From NCBI GenBank assembly GCA_905178155.1, contig CAJINV010000002.1:4035838-4099837 (forward strand): a stretch of DNA of 64,000 nt, given 5' to 3'. Position numbers and translations under genes: made by a program. The notes under the pieces were generated by a model. That model worked only from the letters and a program-made list of their open reading frames with translations, ran no database searches and had not been told where the DNA came from. Below are positions 1 to 11,869 of this stretch, in pieces (positions within the stretch are counted from its first letter, which is position 1; every line of letters begins with the position of its first letter). This stretch comes from Amoebophrya sp. A120 (lineage: Eukaryota; Protista; Dinoflagellata).

Positions 1-328
1 TTTAACTGCGTACAACTATTAGTATTACTGTTACTGTAACAGGAAAGCCAAGTAGAAACATTTTGATCTTGCGACTTCCCGATAAATTAGGGTGGCTATC
101 GCTATTTCAGAAAAATAGTCTTAGCAATTCCATCGGTCGTGGCTGAAGATTTTACTTTTAGTCACTGTCGCTTTGTAAAGTAAAGTCGGAGACGAGGGGA
201 ACGAAGTCACTCAGATTCAATCGATGCAAATATATGCATGTGAAAAGCCTAAATCGGATTTGATCGACAATGGTTTTACACTTGTGCTAGCTCCTCTGGG
301 TGGGCTACTTTTATTGTTCTTTTCGATA
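1..328. mobile_element. Degenerate introner (family B-like), 5' end outside window
   Basis: Ends ...TCTGGGTGGGCTACTTTTATTGTTCTTTTCGATA|GCGCT, homologous to the end of the 8882-9401 intron at the same position of the paralog. Confidence 0.7.
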
Positions 329-333
329 GCGCT

Positions 334-1701
334 GCGGAGCTGACAGCGAAGGAGCTGTTCGGAATGAAAGACGAAGACGAAGATACCCTGACAACCAAAG
401 TGACCAATGCCTTGACCGCCATTGTGGGCCAAAAGTACACTGCTGATGAAGTTGAAATCACCGCGGACATCGTTGCTGCTGTCGACACGAATGCCATCGT
501 TGCTGCAGTGATGGCTGATGATGCAGATGAAGCCAGCATTCAAAAGGCGATCACGGACGCCGTCACGAAGGCCATTGACGATGCTGCCGGTGCTGGTTCC
601 ACTTTCCAAAAGACCGCGTCCGATGAGAGCACCAAGACGGTCCAAGATGCCATTGACAATCTCGCCACCGACGCTAATACTTCTAACGCCATCGCGGAGG
701 CAATCAAGTCGGCTCTGACCACCGCGGGCGTCGAAGCTGACGCGGTGACCGCCGCGGACGCGGAGATCCAAAATCTGGCCGCTCTTGTTGCTGATAGCAA
801 CACCAAGGGCGACGACTACGCGAAGGCGGTCGACGCCTTGGCGCTGCTTGTGGACGAGGCGAAAAAAGCGGCGGCGGATGCTATCCTCAGTAAAAGCGTT
901 CATTCCAGCACCCCATGATACAATATTGATTTGTCATGCGAATGACCACGACCTGCATGTTGATGTTCGGATGTGGTGCATGTAGAAGATGTCTCTACTC
1001 ATCCTGCGCAGTCCACCCAGGACCAGGAGGGTACTTAAGAGGGGCAACACGAATCTATATCTGTGGTGCGGCTTTTGATATAGCCGACCACGACCACTCC
1101 CTCTCCTGCGTTGTCGAAATGTGAAGATGTCATGCGGAGATCTTCACAAAGCTTCTGGATTTGTCTAGCAGATTCCCCATCTTGTTAGCTCTGGTGGGGT
1201 GCGGACGTTTTTACACAGGATAGTGGCGACCACGGACGCCCCGGTAAACGACACCGACGTTAACGCCACTATGCATTGCAAATATTTCTTGTCCTGGGTC
1301 TGAAACTGAATTATTAGCATGAATGCAAATGTTCGGTCTGCAGGTTGCGCTTTATTCGCATCACCGTTCCAGAGGGCCGCTCCTCGGAATGCGGGTTGTT
1401 CTAGCATCACAAATTCTATTGTTCAGAAGGTCTTTCCTCTTTGATCTTGATGCCTAGCTGTATCCTGCATGAGCAAAAATGTTGCCTCCTCGGGTGACGA
1501 AGAGTGGGCGCTTGTTTTGCTGTGTGTACGACAAAAATGTTGTACAGGTTTATTCTACTATGACGTGGTCCACCACGACCACGACCAGACGTAGCATCAC
1601 AAAGAACTTGCTAAAGTCTCTCAGATGAGGACCCAGACACCTATTTGCAGTGGATAATCACCACCACAGCTGCACCAGCGGCCGATGCTCCTTCCTGCTA
1701 A
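334..1701 (+). CDS. Ala/Thr-rich helical secreted/surface protein, paralog 1 (5'-truncated); exons ~334-881, 1228-1269, 1662-1701
   Basis: Removing elements 882-1222 and 1270-1656 (+5 nt each) joins ...MKDEDEDTLTTKVT...AAADA to TTDAPVNDTDVNA and TTTAAPAADAPSC*; strong similarity to 9407-10393, which also ends in SC*. Confidence 0.8.
882..1222. mobile_element. Introner family B
   Basis: TATCCTCAGTAAAAGCG...GGACGTTTTTACACAGGATA; flanks gatgc/gtggc (decayed TSD); shared with paralog at 10000. Confidence 0.85.
1270..1656. mobile_element. Introner family A (aged)
   Basis: TATGCATTGCAAATA...CCCAGACACCTATTTGCAGTGGATA; flanks gccac/atcac; absent from the 8036-10393 paralog. Confidence 0.85.
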
Positions 1702-1734
1702 GCGGTGGAGCGCGAATTATTTCATCAGGAACAA

Positions 1735-3912
1735 GAAGCTGTGGAAGGAAACGAAACGGAGGCCTCCTCGTGTGGTCGCAGCATTTTCCACAAGGTACCT
1801 AATTCATTCCCAATCTAGGGGGCATCGCATTCGAGACATCACATTCTAGGCATCACAGATAGGACTAGGTCGCGCAGTCAGACCAGCGCGAACCTCGTGA
1901 GGGCCGGAATGGGTTAACCACCTCTGTGGTCCCATTTTTGTTCTCCCGTGGCCAGCCCCTGCCTACAAAAATGGTGTACACCGTGGGAGTGCAGGAAGGG
2001 GACACACAGCCGTTGCCAACGCTAATGCCCGCCACGCCCATAACGATGCACGACCTGGAAAGAAGATGAAGATGGCGCGCGCGCATGCTAGAGAAGCATG
2101 CGCGGCTTATTCTCGCTCACCTCTTTTTTATGTTCACACACTAGAAAGGCACATCCTGACGTCTATGACGCGAATATGTAGAATCTAGCGGGCTCGTAGC
2201 CCCTCTCTCCGGCGACGTGGTGGCCGAGCAAGCTATGTGGGGGCACTCGCCTCTCGTAGCGAGCCGTCACCACTCGCTAGCGACCTCTGTTGGGGAGGGT
2301 CCGGGACTTGTTGCAGCCTCTGTTGCACCCGGCGTTGTTGCCTCTTTGTGCAGTGCTGGAGCACGGTTCGACCCACGTCTGTGGGCGGACAAGTGGGACG
2401 TCCCGCAGCCACCTCTGTGGCGCGGGCGTTGCGGTGCGGTCCCTGTTGCGCGCCCCGCGACTGCATTTAGTTGTACATAGGACGACTGCATTTAGTTGTA
2501 CATAGGTTTTGTGTTTCACTCTATATGCGTGGCGTGATCTCTCATGATGTCCTCCGGGCAGCAGAGCTCTTGATGGCAAGTCGGCCCGCCTCATCCTTGG
2601 ATTAAGGTATGGAGGTGAAGAATGCAGCGCCCTTGCCTCTTATCTTCCTCTGCTCGAGATATTTTTCCTACCAGTGTGTAACTATTCTCCAAGCCAGGAG
2701 GTAGCAGCATGGACGGCACGTAATGGAGCGAACACAAGACACGACAAACATGCAAATTCTTGAGCAGAGATTTGGGCGCAGGCACTGTTTTCTTCACTTG
2801 TGTGCATAGGATCAACTCTGGTCCTCCAGAGTGTCTGCGTTCGCAGCGTGGTGTCCTGATCTCATTCCGGCACTCCTCGTCTGTCCTATCTGACTGCCTC
2901 CCTCTTCCTCCTCACTAGTACACTTTAGGGTGGTGAGAAGATCGCATCTCCTCGTACTATCGTTGTGGTAGAGCAACTCGAACATCGTCTATCCCGCAAC
3001 ACGTTTCACAACTCATTCTGACCGATGACCGGTTCCCAGTCTCCTTCTTTTCATGTTCATTTTCATATCAATACTTTCCATCATGTTCATTTTGCATCTG
3101 AAGCTCCAAAAACAAATTATACACCTAACAAAAAATATCAAGTACTATCGCCCTTGCAGTACAACCAGTTGCATTTATACGAATCGGAGAAATTCATTCT
3201 CCGAAACGTGAAAAATGAAAACTGTCAAACGGATTCAGAGACCGCAGCACACTTCTGTCATGCATGAAATTTTGCAACTAGTGTAGTACGAGCTAATTCG
3301 ATACTTTTACACTGGATATCCCGTAGTTGCCCCCAAACCCGCTCATTGTGCTGTGCAACCCGAAGTTCTTCGGTTTGAACTTAAACGGCTTCATGTGCTT
3401 GGTTTGGTTCTTGGCATGGATTGGTGGGAGGTTTGTTTTCGCCTGCGCCTGGTCATGGTGTGTGCTTTCGTGGTGTCGGTCTGTATCGTGGTTGTCTGAC
3501 ACCGTGGACTGGTTCCCGCCCGTGCGATAGAATGTGCTTGTCGGCGCTTGCTCGATGCTGTTCGTGTGCAGTGGCACCGTGCGCTCTGGGACCTCTTCGA
3601 AGTAGGGGGAAAGCAACCCGCGACTGCATTTAGTTGTACATAGGACGCTGCGACAAAGCAGCACGGATACACTTTTCTACAGAACCCTAGTCCGCCACTG
3701 AGAAGGGTGTGGCCTTGACCTTTTGTTAAGAACATTCGGACTAGAGCTGCGACCCCATGCGGCCGCAGAGCTGCGGGGATTTGGGAATTTGTGTTCGCCT
3801 CACGATGACCAAAATGCTACCCAAATCACATCATGGATCAGGTATCAACAGGGCGGAAGCTGTGGAAGTAAACGAAACGGAGGCCTCGTCGTGTGGTCGC
3901 AGCATTTTTCCA
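1735..3912. repeat. ~2.1-kb insert flanked by ~56-bp direct repeats (1735-1790, 3856-3912), with nested 31-bp direct repeats (2454-2484, 3617-3647)
   Basis: GAAGCTGTGGAAG(G/T)AAACGAAACGGAGGCCTC.TCGTGTGGTCGCAGCATTTT occurs twice; CCCGCGACTGCATTTAGTTGTACATAGGACG occurs twice, plus a tandem partial copy at 2483-2506. Confidence 0.75.
3136..3318. mobile_element. Possible degenerate family D element, non-coding context
   Basis: TATCAAGTACTATCG...TACGAG..CGATACTTTTACACTGGATA with internal CTGTCATGC; no TSD. Confidence 0.35.
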
Positions 3913-3940
3913 GAAAACGTTTTTTCACCGATAATTACAT

Positions 3941-4216
3941 TATCCTGTGCAAAAGTATCTTATACTCGTACTAAAGTTTTGCAGTGAGTTGTTCCACTTC
4001 TACGTACTGCATGACAATAAAGCTGCGTCAGTGGTCACGGTTCTCCAATTTAGCATTGTAGGCAGCATTTTCTTCCCCCCTGAGATTTTTTGTCATGCGA
4101 TAAGTACTTGATAGCAGTAGCACCAGGACCACTCAGTGTAATATCCACATCCAGGAGAGGACCACTCACTGTCACCCGATTAGTACGAAGGAGGTACGAC
4201 TTTGCATCAATGCATA
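3941..4216. mobile_element. Degenerate family D element downstream of gene 1
   Basis: TATCCTGTGCAAAAGTATCTTATACTCGTA start (cf. 28069); ends ...CTTTGCATCAATGCATA; internal GCATGACA and TTGTCATGC; TSD not recognisable. Confidence 0.5.
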
Positions 4217-5503
4217 ACCGATCACGACGAAGGACGACTTCCGCACGGAAAAAAAGGAGAAGACCACCACGTGAGCATCTACGTCTAAAGAAAACTGCTT
4301 TTCTCATATGAATTTTACTTAATGTTTAACTTTAACTTTAGTACAAATTTACAACCAAAGCGCCTCACTTCTCTCGTTCTTTCACGAAGATTTACAATAA
4401 TTTCATTTTTCACCGTTTTTAGCAAGAATTTATTTGACTGTCATCACTTCACATGATCTAATATTTTTCAGAAGCATATGTCACAACATCAGTTTCGTCG
4501 AGGAAGTCAACTGTTTTTAATTTCCAAGTTTAACGTTATTTTCCAATGTGATTCACAACTCAGCGTTTAGAAGTTTAAGTTTTACAACATACTCAACATG
4601 GTCCAGCACATCGGACGAAAATTTTTTGTTTCCATGATTTCAGATCCATTTTTAGCACATCATATTCTTTCAAGTAGTAGTTCCCCTAACGTACATTAAA
4701 TATTTTTCCCCCCCGGTCGTCCTCGTGGCCCTTCCGCTCTGCCTGTGGCTCCCTCTGGAGCAGCTTCGGAGTAAGTAGCTAGAAGTAGTAGAGCATCGAT
4801 TTGATGTTCTCCACCTCTACTACAACTCCTGCTGCGCACTAAAAAAATCGCAGGTAGACAAGAAGGCCTGGAAGGGTCCAAGAGGCAAGCCGCAAACTTC
4901 TCGTGATTGCTTTTAACAATCCTCTTCAAATGCTTGTTTCAGCGCGATAATTATCGGATCCCGATAAATACTTAAGAACTAGGAAGAAAAATAAAAAAAA
5001 GTCCAAGTAAGAATACAAATAGTATAGCTGTACCCCAGTTTTTACTATCAGTTTCTGTTTCACTCCTTGAACTTTATCCCTGTTTCACTACTAGTTTCCC
5101 AAGAACGGAGGTGGCTGTTGCAACATAAAGCAAGCTCAACGGTTGGAACAACTACAATGTTACGACTAGTAGAAGAGGTAGTCGAGAGCGACTTCTTGTT
5201 CTTTACAAATCGTCACTCACATCAGGCTTGTACGTACGCTAGATCCACTTCATGTAGCGGAGAATAGACGTAAAGGATGAACTACATACGCTGTGCCCAA
5301 CTAGGCATAAACATCATAAATAATTTCGTCCACGCGCCGGCCGGGCGAGACTGAGACTGAGACACAAAGAGCGCCCGAAGTCATATGCTACAACTCTAGC
5401 GGCCGTTAGAAATTTGCGGATCCCGTGATTTTCTGTTGCAACATCATGCTGCTGAACATGAAATAAAATTTTTCCCCCAAAACTACTATTTTAGAAAAAA
5501 GTA

Positions 5504-7146
5504 GTAGGTCATATAAATTTGGCTCAAGGTCATATAGGTCATATAAATTTGTATTGGATTGATCGATGTATATAAAAGTAGGCTCAAAAGATTATCATTG
5601 ATTAATTGATTGATGGAAGAAAATGATGGCGTCGCCCCCCTCACTGACAGCGCCGCTGCAGCACGGGCCACCGAATAGCCCCGTCGTGGAGTTAGATAGA
5701 AGGCTCCGGATAGAGTAGTAAATAAAAAGTAGCAGTAAGACTAGCGGCTGGAGACACAAGCTCGGTGATACGCGAGGCGTGCCCGCCAACCTTGGACCCG
5801 CATCCCCTCCCCCCCCGCGGGATATCGTGGAAAAGAGGCATAGAACCCAAACAGCAGACTAGCCGCGGTGTGCCATGAGGGCCGGCGCGGATGGGGACCG
5901 GAAGGGGGGAGTCGTGCACCAGGCACCGAAGATGCATGCTTGCCCGCCGCCACAGGAGTCGGCATGATGTCATGTATGAGCGGAGGTGCCAACTGCGCTA
6001 GGCAGTGGAAGGGCGTACGGATACAAATACTCACTTAGATTGCACAGATACAACTTTGAAAAAGAGACTTCTCAGGCTTGAGAAATTGCATAGTGCATTG
6101 ATCCCCTCCGATGGCCCCGGCACACTGCAGGCACGGGTACGGAAACTGCCGCCCGCGATCACAGCGCAGGCGCGTGTCGAAGGCATTTACTTTACCTTAC
6201 GCGTTTTCCTTTTACCAAAACCAAAACAGAAGACTAGTAACCGGGCCTACGAAATAGCGACTAGTAGTAAGTAACACACTCCACCGCCGCGCCCGCCGTG
6301 GTCGTGACCTTCGTGCCGTGATCGAGCGACGCGACAAGGGCCTGCGCTTTTCTTAGGGACGAGGGCGCAGGACATGTCAGTGAGGGGAACCCGTGGGCTT
6401 GTCCTCGTCGATCTTTTTCCGTTCCCCTGGTTATTCCTCTGATTCCACCCAGGCCATCTTTCTTTGTGCATCAGCACAGCCAGCTTGCCCGAGAACAGCG
6501 CCCTTCTTAACGACGTCGGAAGTGGACGCGCCTACACGCGCGACAGAACGACCTCCGCCAACGACGGGGGAAGGGTAACCGAGGATCGGCGACGGGGGAG
6601 CTTTCTCAACTACGTCGGATCGGGCGACGTACTATCAGCATTCTGCATTACTTCATGGCGACTGCGGAGGGACTACAAATCCTCTGCAGCGGGCGGCACG
6701 CGACGGGTAACTCTACCTCGGGTGTCCTCACAACTAACCGTCGCAGTGGCTCACTTCTTCCTACCGCGGTGACGAATAAGTCCCCTCAGGGGCAACCTGG
6801 CATCCCTTGGCCACGGCGGCTTCGGCTGCCCACCCTTGGGTAGTCAGAACGTCACAAAACTAAGATCCAGCGGCAGATCACAACTATATCAACACGTCGA
6901 CCGATCTACAGAGCCACTGCAAAAAGCAGCGAAGACGACAAAGGACACTCGTGAGTAGACCTGCTGAGGGGGTCGCATACCAGCCGAGAGAGACAACCGG
7001 CTGAAACTACCTGGAAAGTTGAAGCGTTGCAAACCATCGGCAGGCAGCACCTAGTCCCAGCGAAAATCTTTCCTATGGTTAGCTTACACAGAGAGAGTAG
7101 CTTAGTAGTTAGAAGCTGACTGTAGAGTTTATTCCTCCTCCTCCTC
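5504..7146 (+). mobile_element. Retroposed, non-LTR-like non-coding insert with 18-bp TSD, (TCC)n tail and spliced-leader relic
   Basis: CTATTTTAGAAAAAAGTA at 5486-5503 and 7147-7164; TCC repeat tail 7133-7147; TTTGGCTCAAG at 5518-5528. Confidence 0.6.
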
Positions 7147-8035
7147 CTATTTTAGAAAAAAGTAAAAAAACATCGCGGCAACGGCAAGCAGTACAAGTGC
7201 AACACGTTGTAGTACGAGAGCCGCTTTTAGTCCGTTTGTTTCTCGTTGTGCACCAGCAGCGACCTGTTCTTCCCTGTTTGATATTTCCGGACGGGGGAGG
7301 TGCAGCTGCTGGAGCGTTCTGTTCTCGACTGTGGTGCGTAGTTGTTCAGATCAAAGTCATTTTCGTCCGCCTCTCGTTGTTCGACGGAACTAGGACAAGC
7401 AGGTCGTTTTTTCTCGTTCCGCTACACTATTCATCGTTCACATCTCATTCTCTACGCCCACTACAAAACTGAAAAAATCGTCGTGTGGTTCTTCGTTCCG
7501 TGCACAATTCAAAATGTTCGTTCGTCCACATGACAAAAGTCGTTTTGTTGCGTCTCACTTTATCTGTAACCGTACGAGCCCACTGCCCCAGGAGGGTGCT
7601 TAGAACGCTGTTGCATAAATGATGCTTCGCGAATAAAAGATTGCTGGAGCGATGAAATTTTAGCCGCTTGTTTACATGTTGTCTTGCTCTAGTTGTGATA
7701 CTTTCTTGTTTCTTGATGTGAACAGGTTCTTCTTATCAATTTGTTACGACGAAGTTTGATACGAACCCTTGATTGATTGATACCGATTTATGTTTATCAT
7801 CCCATTTGCATAATTTGCACGACGACCCTGAAGAACTGTGACTAACATGTAGCCAACATCTCTACAACTCTGTGCAAGAAGAATCGTAGGTAGCACTTAT
7901 AATTCGTCGTCCCAGCTAGGTGGAAACTGCTTTAGTACTCGACATCAAAAAACATGTCAGCATAAAACTACAGATCGCAACGAGGAGTTGTGCAGGGACA
8001 TCGTGCAGAATTAATTTTCAGAACAACGTTCAATC

Positions 8036-10393
8036 ATGCTCAGTTCCACACCGAATACGAAGCGCCGCCCTCTCGTCGTCACCGCCGCTCTCGCGGTTGT
8101 GGCAGACGTCGTGAGTTTTCAACAACATGTGCTGCAGTCCGCGGCCGTCGCTTTGTCCTCCTCGTCCTCCTCGACACTGGTAAGGATCAAGACGAGCATG
8201 AGCAGCAGAAAAAGTGTAGTACCTGCGGCTGGATCCAGCATCCGTGGAAGTAGAAGGACAACAAGAAATAAAACTCCGCCGTCGCTGCTGCAAAGGTATT
8301 TTTACGCGAAGAAACATCATTCCTCGTCGTTGTTGCCCAGGACGAGTCGGGGGCCCTACGATTTGGGGAAGATGACTTCTACCCCCGGCCAGTTTTTGTC
8401 CGTGAAGGAGAACAAGAACTACAGCAGGGGTCAGAGGATGTCGACTACCACTTTGCTGTCGACAAGCGACTCTTCATTTCCGGGTACGAAGGCGAGCGAC
8501 GAGAGCACGGAAGCGGTCGTCCGTGCCGTTTTTGCTACCGGAGGCGCTAGCTGTGCTATCTCCAAAGCTAAAAACGATTCTGAAAAATACCCGGCATGTG
8601 TAGAAGAGTTGGAGAGTGCAATAAAGTCGGAGTTGGCTGAACAACCGGGCATTGACACGCCTGGGATGGGGGCTAAGATCAAAGATCTTGTCGATGCTCG
8701 TATTACTCAATGTGAGTACTCTTGCGACCCCAACGCGAAATTTGGCGACGAAGACAATCCCAATATGGAAGAAGTCAACGCGTACGTGCTAGCGGTGAAC
8801 GACGTGGCTCTGCTCCTGGACGAGGCTAAAGCGGCTTCGACTACGGTGGCCCCAACTCCCCCAGCGACGCTGGCCTTGTTTTATCCCAGGGACGAAAAGA
8901 AGTTCCCCACGTCCACCCAGGGTTTACTTACAGAGGTCATGCAACGATCAAAGTCATCGTGTCCTTGTTGCAAGTGCAACCTGGAGGCACTGCTGCATTC
9001 CATTGGTTCAACGCGAAAACTGTAGGCTCTCATGGCAGTGAGACGAGGAACTCGGTTTTGCTTTTGCGGATTTTCGCTTCTTATTACTTGTGTCGTGTAT
9101 TATTAAAGTACAACTAACTTCTACAACAACAACAGGAAAGCCGCTGCAGAGAAACATTATGAATACAACTCTTGCGACTGACCGAGTAATTAATAGGGAG
9201 GCTATAATTCGAATAGGATTATTCTTGGCGACTCCATTTGTCGCGGCTGATTGCAATCGCGGCTCCTTTCGCGGCTTTGTAATAAAGTCGCAGAGGTGAA
9301 GTGATTTAGATTCAATCGAAAAGAAAATATAATATGCGCTTGTGCTTGCTCGGAGTCGGTGTCGGAGTCCTCTGGGTGGACCATTTTTGTTCTTTTCCAT
9401 AGCGCTGCCGAGATGACAGCGGCGGATCTGCTCAAGATGAAAGACGCAGAAGCCTCGGTGTTGACAACCGAAGTAACTGAAGCTTTGAACGCTATTGTGG
9501 GCCAAAACTACGGTGGTGTAAACGATGACCAGGTTGAAATCACCGAGACGATTGTGACTGCTGTTGACACGGATGTTATTGTTGCTGCAGTGAAGAAAGC
9601 GGAATCAACTGCAGAGTCCATTCAAAAGGCGATCACGGACGCCGTCACGAAGGCCATTGCGGAAGATGCCGCCGGTACTAGTACTCCTGCTGCTGCTGGC
9701 ACTTTCCAAGCGACTGCGACGGAGGAGAGCACGAAGGCGGTACAAGCTGCCGTGGACAGTCTCGGAGGTGGCGCTAGTACACCTTCTGCGGACCACATCG
9801 TGGACTTGATCAAGACGGCTCTGACCAGCGGGGGCGCGGGTACTATCGGCAATGACGCGTTGACCGCTGCGGCCGATGAGCTCCAGGCTCTGGCAGCTCT
9901 TGTTGCCGCCGAAATCACCTCGGGCGATAAATACGCGAAGGCGGTCGATGACTTGGCGAAGCGCGTGGACGAGGCGAAAAAAGAAGCGGCGGAAGCTCGT
10001 ATCCTCAGTAGAAACGTGCGCTCCATTCGATATGTGTCATGTACTTAGGTTTGCATGTCATTGTCGTGCCCGGATGTCTCTCATGCGCAGTGGTCCCGTG
10101 AGGTAGAGTATCATGCTCTATTTTTAGCAGGATGAGATAAGGGCCAAGAACACCACTAGGGCGCAGCTTTTATAACGAGCCAAGCCCGAACGGCGCGTTC
10201 CGCCGCGTCGAAAATCTTGAGGTGCTTCTGGATTATTTAGCACCAGGTCGTTTCCAAACATCTTGACTGTGGGGTCGGGACGTAGTTTTTACACTGGATA
10301 CTAGCGGTGCTGGGGGGTGGCGCCGCGCAAAACGACGCGAACGTGACCACCACAAGCCCGTCCGCACCCTCCGCCACAGATGGTTCTTGCTAG
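8036..10393 (+). CDS. Ala/Thr-rich secreted/surface protein, paralog 2 (~508 aa); exons 8036-8881, 9407-9999, 10306-10393
   Basis: N-terminal KRRPLVVTAALAVVA hydrophobic segment shared with the 11870 gene; frame restored by removing two TAT...ATA elements +5 nt (1527 nt CDS); C-terminal half aligns with 334-1701. Confidence 0.8.
8882..9401. mobile_element. Old degenerate introner (family B-like), 520 bp
   Basis: TATCCCAGGGACGAAAAGAAGTTCCCCAC...TCTGGGTGGACCATTTTTGTTCTTTTCCATA; TSD lost; removal +5 nt keeps frame. Confidence 0.7.
10000..10300. mobile_element. Introner family B (same site as 882-1222)
   Basis: TATCCTCAGTAGAAACGTG...GGGACGTAGTTTTTACACTGGATA; removal +5 nt keeps frame. Confidence 0.85.
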
Positions 10394-11869
10394 GCGGGAC
10401 AACAAAACAAGAAGTAGAACCGAGTAGAAGAATGCGGAAAATAAAGGAAGTAGAAAACGCCGGAGGTGCGTGTTCGTTGAATTTCCGCAAAATTCAAAAG
10501 TACCCGATAAACATCCCGTTTTGTTCTAGAAGAAGTACTGCTGCAGGGCGTCCCAAAAATTTTTAGCATTGTAGGTAGCATTTCCATGATTTTCTGTCAT
10601 TTGTTCCCAATTTGTGTTTTAGCATTGTAGGTAGCGTAGTCTTCCTGGCTGCTCATCAAGATTTCAATCTCATCTGTTTCGTACTTACTACATAGCACTC
10701 ATCAGAAGACCTACTGTCACTCCAGGAGTCCGTTCTCATCTCAGGTTGTGCAATCGACATATAGAAAAGATATCACGAAATAAACGCGGCATCTGTGATT
10801 TAACCTCGGCATGATCTGTGAGTGCGGCATCCGTGCCGGACGTCCCCCTTGTGATAGTACCATACTAACATTTTATCAAGATTTTAATTCCTGGCTTGCA
10901 TTATCTTCATGTTATGATTTTGTTTTTGACTTCTCTTCCATTTTCGGCATACTATACTCATACTCCTATCGAATTCGAATGCATTGAGTATTCCCCCCCG
11001 CCTTGTTCGTCCTCGTGACCCTTGTTTCCTCTTTGCCTGTGGCTCCTTCCTGACTCTGGATGGATCATGTCGTGTGTAGTTGTTCAGAAAGTCATTCTTG
11101 TTCACCTCTCGTTCGATGGAAGCAAGTACGACAAGCACTAGATTGTTTTACTTATTCACCCGCTACATCCTCGTCAGTCTCTGTCTCAGTCATCGTACGG
11201 CCACATTTCTACTGCAAGCAGCTTTTCGTTCGCCCTCTATCTCGCTTCTTGCGTTTTTTCGTTCAAGATCGTCGTCGTGGACAAAGCTTCGTGCATCCAT
11301 CTCAAGACTATTTTAGAGCGTTGTTTCTTTTTGCGTTTGTACTTATAGCCATGCATACTGCAGAAAGGCGCTGTTGCTCCTTTACTTACGCCCTTGCATA
11401 TTAATGTCGTACTTAATGCTTGTTCGAGAATGAACAAACTAAAATTATCATTATGAAGAAGGGCAAGGAGTTGGTGTGGGCGATTTTTACTTGTCTTGTC
11501 CTCGTCCCATAAAGATGTAAAGTCAAATAGTCTATATTTTTCTCCTGTTATTTGAAGGTGTTACATACGCGACCGGGTTGTGTTTTGTTAGGGTTGGTAG
11601 ATCGTCTTCACGATTTGTCATCTTCTCATTTTTCAGCATCCCATTCTGAGAAAATATTAGAAATTAACTGTATCCAATAGCGATCTGCGCGTCAGTGTCC
11701 GTGTATATATCGTAGCGGTACCTAACATTTTCTCTAGCTAGAAACAGCTTTCCCTTTCGAGCACCAAACTCGAAAAAATTCTACACATCAGTACATTGTA
11801 CCAGGACGAACATAACAAGTCGCTAGTGAAGATCCTCGTCAGGGACAACAATCAGAACCACGGGCAATC

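Noticed and set aside
217-903. Long minus-strand ORFs (also 9622-10026, 15919-16452, 50031-51011)
   Set aside because: Antisense shadows of GC-rich plus-strand coding sequence
2454-3647. CRISPR-like repeat CGACTGCATTTAGTTGTACATAGGA
   Set aside because: Only three copies, no regular spacers, no cas genes, eukaryotic context
6958-7010. Hammerhead-like CTGCTGAG...stem...GAAAC in the 5504-7146 insert
   Set aside because: Core deviates from CUGANGA and stem II spacing is wrong
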